A DNA stretch of 17,805 nt from Methanocellales archaeon (GTDB lineage Archaea > Halobacteriota > JAWCLZ01), in contig JAWCMA010000007.1 in assembly GCA_038850285.1 (NCBI GenBank), positions 30,890 through 48,694 on the forward strand, in the 5' to 3' direction. Of this stretch, positions 16,104-17,805 are shown one piece after another; the first letter of the stretch is position 1; every line of letters starts with the position of its first letter. Under the pieces are notes generated by a model. That model made no database searches, was not told the DNA's origin, and worked only from the letters and a program-made list of their open reading frames with translations. The position numbers were made by a program, and so were the translations under genes.

Positions 16104-17081
16104 GTGCCACGGCCATATGAAATATATTTAAAGCTCCCAGCTTTCAACTGCGGAGCTTGCGATTCATGGAGCTGTATAGCATTCGCTAGAAAGCTTGCAG
16201 TTGGAAAAGCAAGCCTAGAACTCTGCCCATTTCTAAGGGAGAAGGCAGAAATTAAAGCAATAGCAGCGATGGCAGAGGTCCCGAAGCCATTATCCAGTGG
16301 GAATGCTGCATTAATCAAGCCCTGTGTTAATGATTCAGCAAAGCTAATGGGCGAGGTACAGCTTGCACTTGCCGGAGGAGAGCAATCTATTTTCGGCTTC
16401 TTTGATATTTTAACAATGAAGTATTTACTCGGGCTTAAATATTCAGATCTTAAATTCTCATTTAAACTGGGATCTGCAAAGCTTCAAATGCGAGATGGAT
16501 CTAAAGCACTGATTTTTGAAAATGGATATATCTCCTTGCGTGAATTAAGTAGTGCTCGAGCTTTCCAAGAGAATATAATCTATCTTTCTAAATTGCTCTG
16601 GGGAGCTTTAGTGTGTCCTAGATGTGCTTCAGCATTGCTGGAATGCACCTGTCCATCTTTAGTGGCTCCAGCTTTAACTGCGGAGTGGAATAAAAAAAGA
16701 ATTGGGCTAGAGCAATTGAATTTACTTAAGGAAAACTTAAATATAGCGCGGGACCATTTGATTAACTTGCTTCTAGATGAACTTCTAGAGAAGGAGGAAT
16801 TCGAACCAATTGCTATACATCTCATTTCAATAGCTCTGCATTTACATAGAGCTCTGGAAGCGAAGCCTCAAGCTGAAGCTGAAGCTCAAGTGCTCCTAGA
16901 GCAGACTTTGGATTTAATTAAGAATTTCGATAGCTCTAAGCGCGAAGTTTTATTGAGGGAAAGTGAAATGTATAGATCTAGAGTTTTGAAGCGCTGCGAT
17001 GAAAATTTAGTTAAATCTCTAATAATTGCAAATAGCGCTTTTTGCATAGCTAGCGGATTCTCAAAGTTCGATATAATTTGA
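16104..17081 (+). CDS. (Fe-S)-binding protein with an N-terminal PF04060-type putative Fe-S domain
   Basis: EIYLKLPAFNCGACDSWSCIAFARKL...LELCPFL gives CxxCx4Cx16CP; second Cys cluster CPRCASALLECTC; helical C-terminus; GTG start (uncertain). Confidence 0.8.
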   Translation: MPRPYEIYLKLPAFNCGACDSWSCIAFARKLAVGKASLELCPFLREKAEIKAIAAMAEVPKPLSSGNAALIKPCVNDSAKLMGEVQLALAGGEQSIFGFFDILTMKYLLGLKYSDLKFSFKLGSAKLQMRDGSKALIFENGYISLRELSSARAFQENIIYLSKLLWGALVCPRCASALLECTCPSLVAPALTAEWNKKRIGLEQLNLLKENLNIARDHLINLLLDELLEKEEFEPIAIHLISIALHLHRALEAKPQAEAEAQVLLEQTLDLIKNFDSSKREVLLRESEMYRSRVLKRCDENLVKSLIIANSAFCIASGFSKFDII

Positions 17082-17124
17082 CAAGAATTAAATAGAGAAA
17101 AAGCAAAGAAAACTAGGGAGCCTT

Positions 17125-17754
17125 ATGGATGCAATTGAATGTTTAAAAACTAGAAGGAGTATTAGAAAATTCAAAAAAGAGGCTGTTAAGGACGAAGATT
17201 TAAAATTAATTCTAGAATGCGCGGGTTTAGCACCTAGTCCGGCTAACTGGCAGCCTTGGTATTTTGTCATCGTGAAGAACAAGGAACTTAAGCAGAAAAT
17301 GGCAAATGCTGTTTTGGAGAAATTGGATCAAGCGCTTAAGAACCCTGAATTCGCAGATATGCATGAGGGTATTAAGCGAAACATTGCATATATTTCATTT
17401 TTCGTTGATGCTCCAGCGGCTGTTGCAGTTTTCATTAGACCGGGGAAATTTTTGCTTGCTAGAATGGCTATGAAGCTGGGGGCAAGTGAATATGATGCAT
17501 TAAAAAATGATGGGTTTGCTGTTCCAGTAGCAGTTGGAGCAGCTACGCAAAACTTCTGCCTCGCTGCTCATGCTCTAGGTTATGGTACTTGTTGGATGAT
17601 CTGGCCTTTGTTGGCTAAGAAGGAAATCGAGGAAATGCTCGAGGTCAAGCCACCTTGGGAGCTATGTGCAATTGTAGCAATGGGCAGACCAGAGGAATCT
17701 CCACCTGTGCGGGAGCGTAAAAAGCTGGAGGAAATCTCAAGGATAATTCCATGA
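17125..17754 (+). CDS. Nitroreductase family (FMN-binding) protein
   Basis: MDAIECLKTRRSIRKF, APSPANWQPWYFVIV, AATQNFCLAAHALGYGTCW, AIVAMGRP, RKKLEEI. Confidence 0.93.
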   Translation: MDAIECLKTRRSIRKFKKEAVKDEDLKLILECAGLAPSPANWQPWYFVIVKNKELKQKMANAVLEKLDQALKNPEFADMHEGIKRNIAYISFFVDAPAAVAVFIRPGKFLLARMAMKLGASEYDALKNDGFAVPVAVGAATQNFCLAAHALGYGTCWMIWPLLAKKEIEEMLEVKPPWELCAIVAMGRPEESPPVRERKKLEEISRIIP

Positions 17755-17805
17755 TTCTGCGACTCGCTGCCATGGCTATCTCAGGTCTAGGGATTGGTGC
17801 GCTGC
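17751..17805 (+). CDS. Start of a downstream hydrophobic protein (MILRLAAMAISGLGIGAL...), truncated by the window; possibly sulfite exporter TauE/SafE family
   Basis: ATG overlaps the nitroreductase stop (ATGA, 17751-17754); open to the window end; Gly-rich hydrophobic N-terminus. The family guess rests on 18 residues only. Confidence 0.5.
   Translation, partial: MILRLAAMAISGLGIGAL

Noticed and set aside
16863-16890. AAGCTG/AAGCTC short repeats in the Fe-S gene
   Set aside because: In-frame 6-bp units encoding QAEAEAQ; ordinary low-complexity coding sequence.
11361-17754. Possible RiPP (microcin/TOMM-like) cluster from TldD/PmbA plus a nitroreductase-fold enzyme
   Set aside because: No YcaO, E1-like or radical SAM enzyme and no precursor peptide. 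The nitroreductase lacks the SagB-type PSAG..YP motif.

Overview
Gene-dense, AT-rich archaeal chromosomal segment. Several proteins resemble euryarchaeal, Halobacteriota/Methanomicrobia-type homologues; this is inferred from family recognition only. In order: a partial DUF62 SAM hydrolase and tmk (-); DUF1284, argC and argJ (+); rpl35ae, DUF47 and a PiT phosphate transporter (-); a second, divergent DUF47 paralogue, a DUF3147-like membrane protein, a pilin-signal DUF7289-like surface protein and the archaeal riboflavin-pathway reductase (+); a tightly packed lonB-tldD-pmbA-thiI run (-); and a divergent Fe-S domain protein, nitroreductase and truncated membrane protein (+). I see no rRNA, tRNA, CRISPR array, transposase, integrase or intein. 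The window is mostly housekeeping and I cannot support a confidently novel system. The best leads are: the PiT gene flanked by two DUF47 paralogues, one with degenerate acidic motifs; an Fe-S protein that may be a domain-permuted COG4871 relative with an extra Cys cluster; the protease/tRNA-thiolation operon; the presence of L35Ae; and a (TTAAAAAA)5 repeat that supplies the stop codons of two convergent genes.
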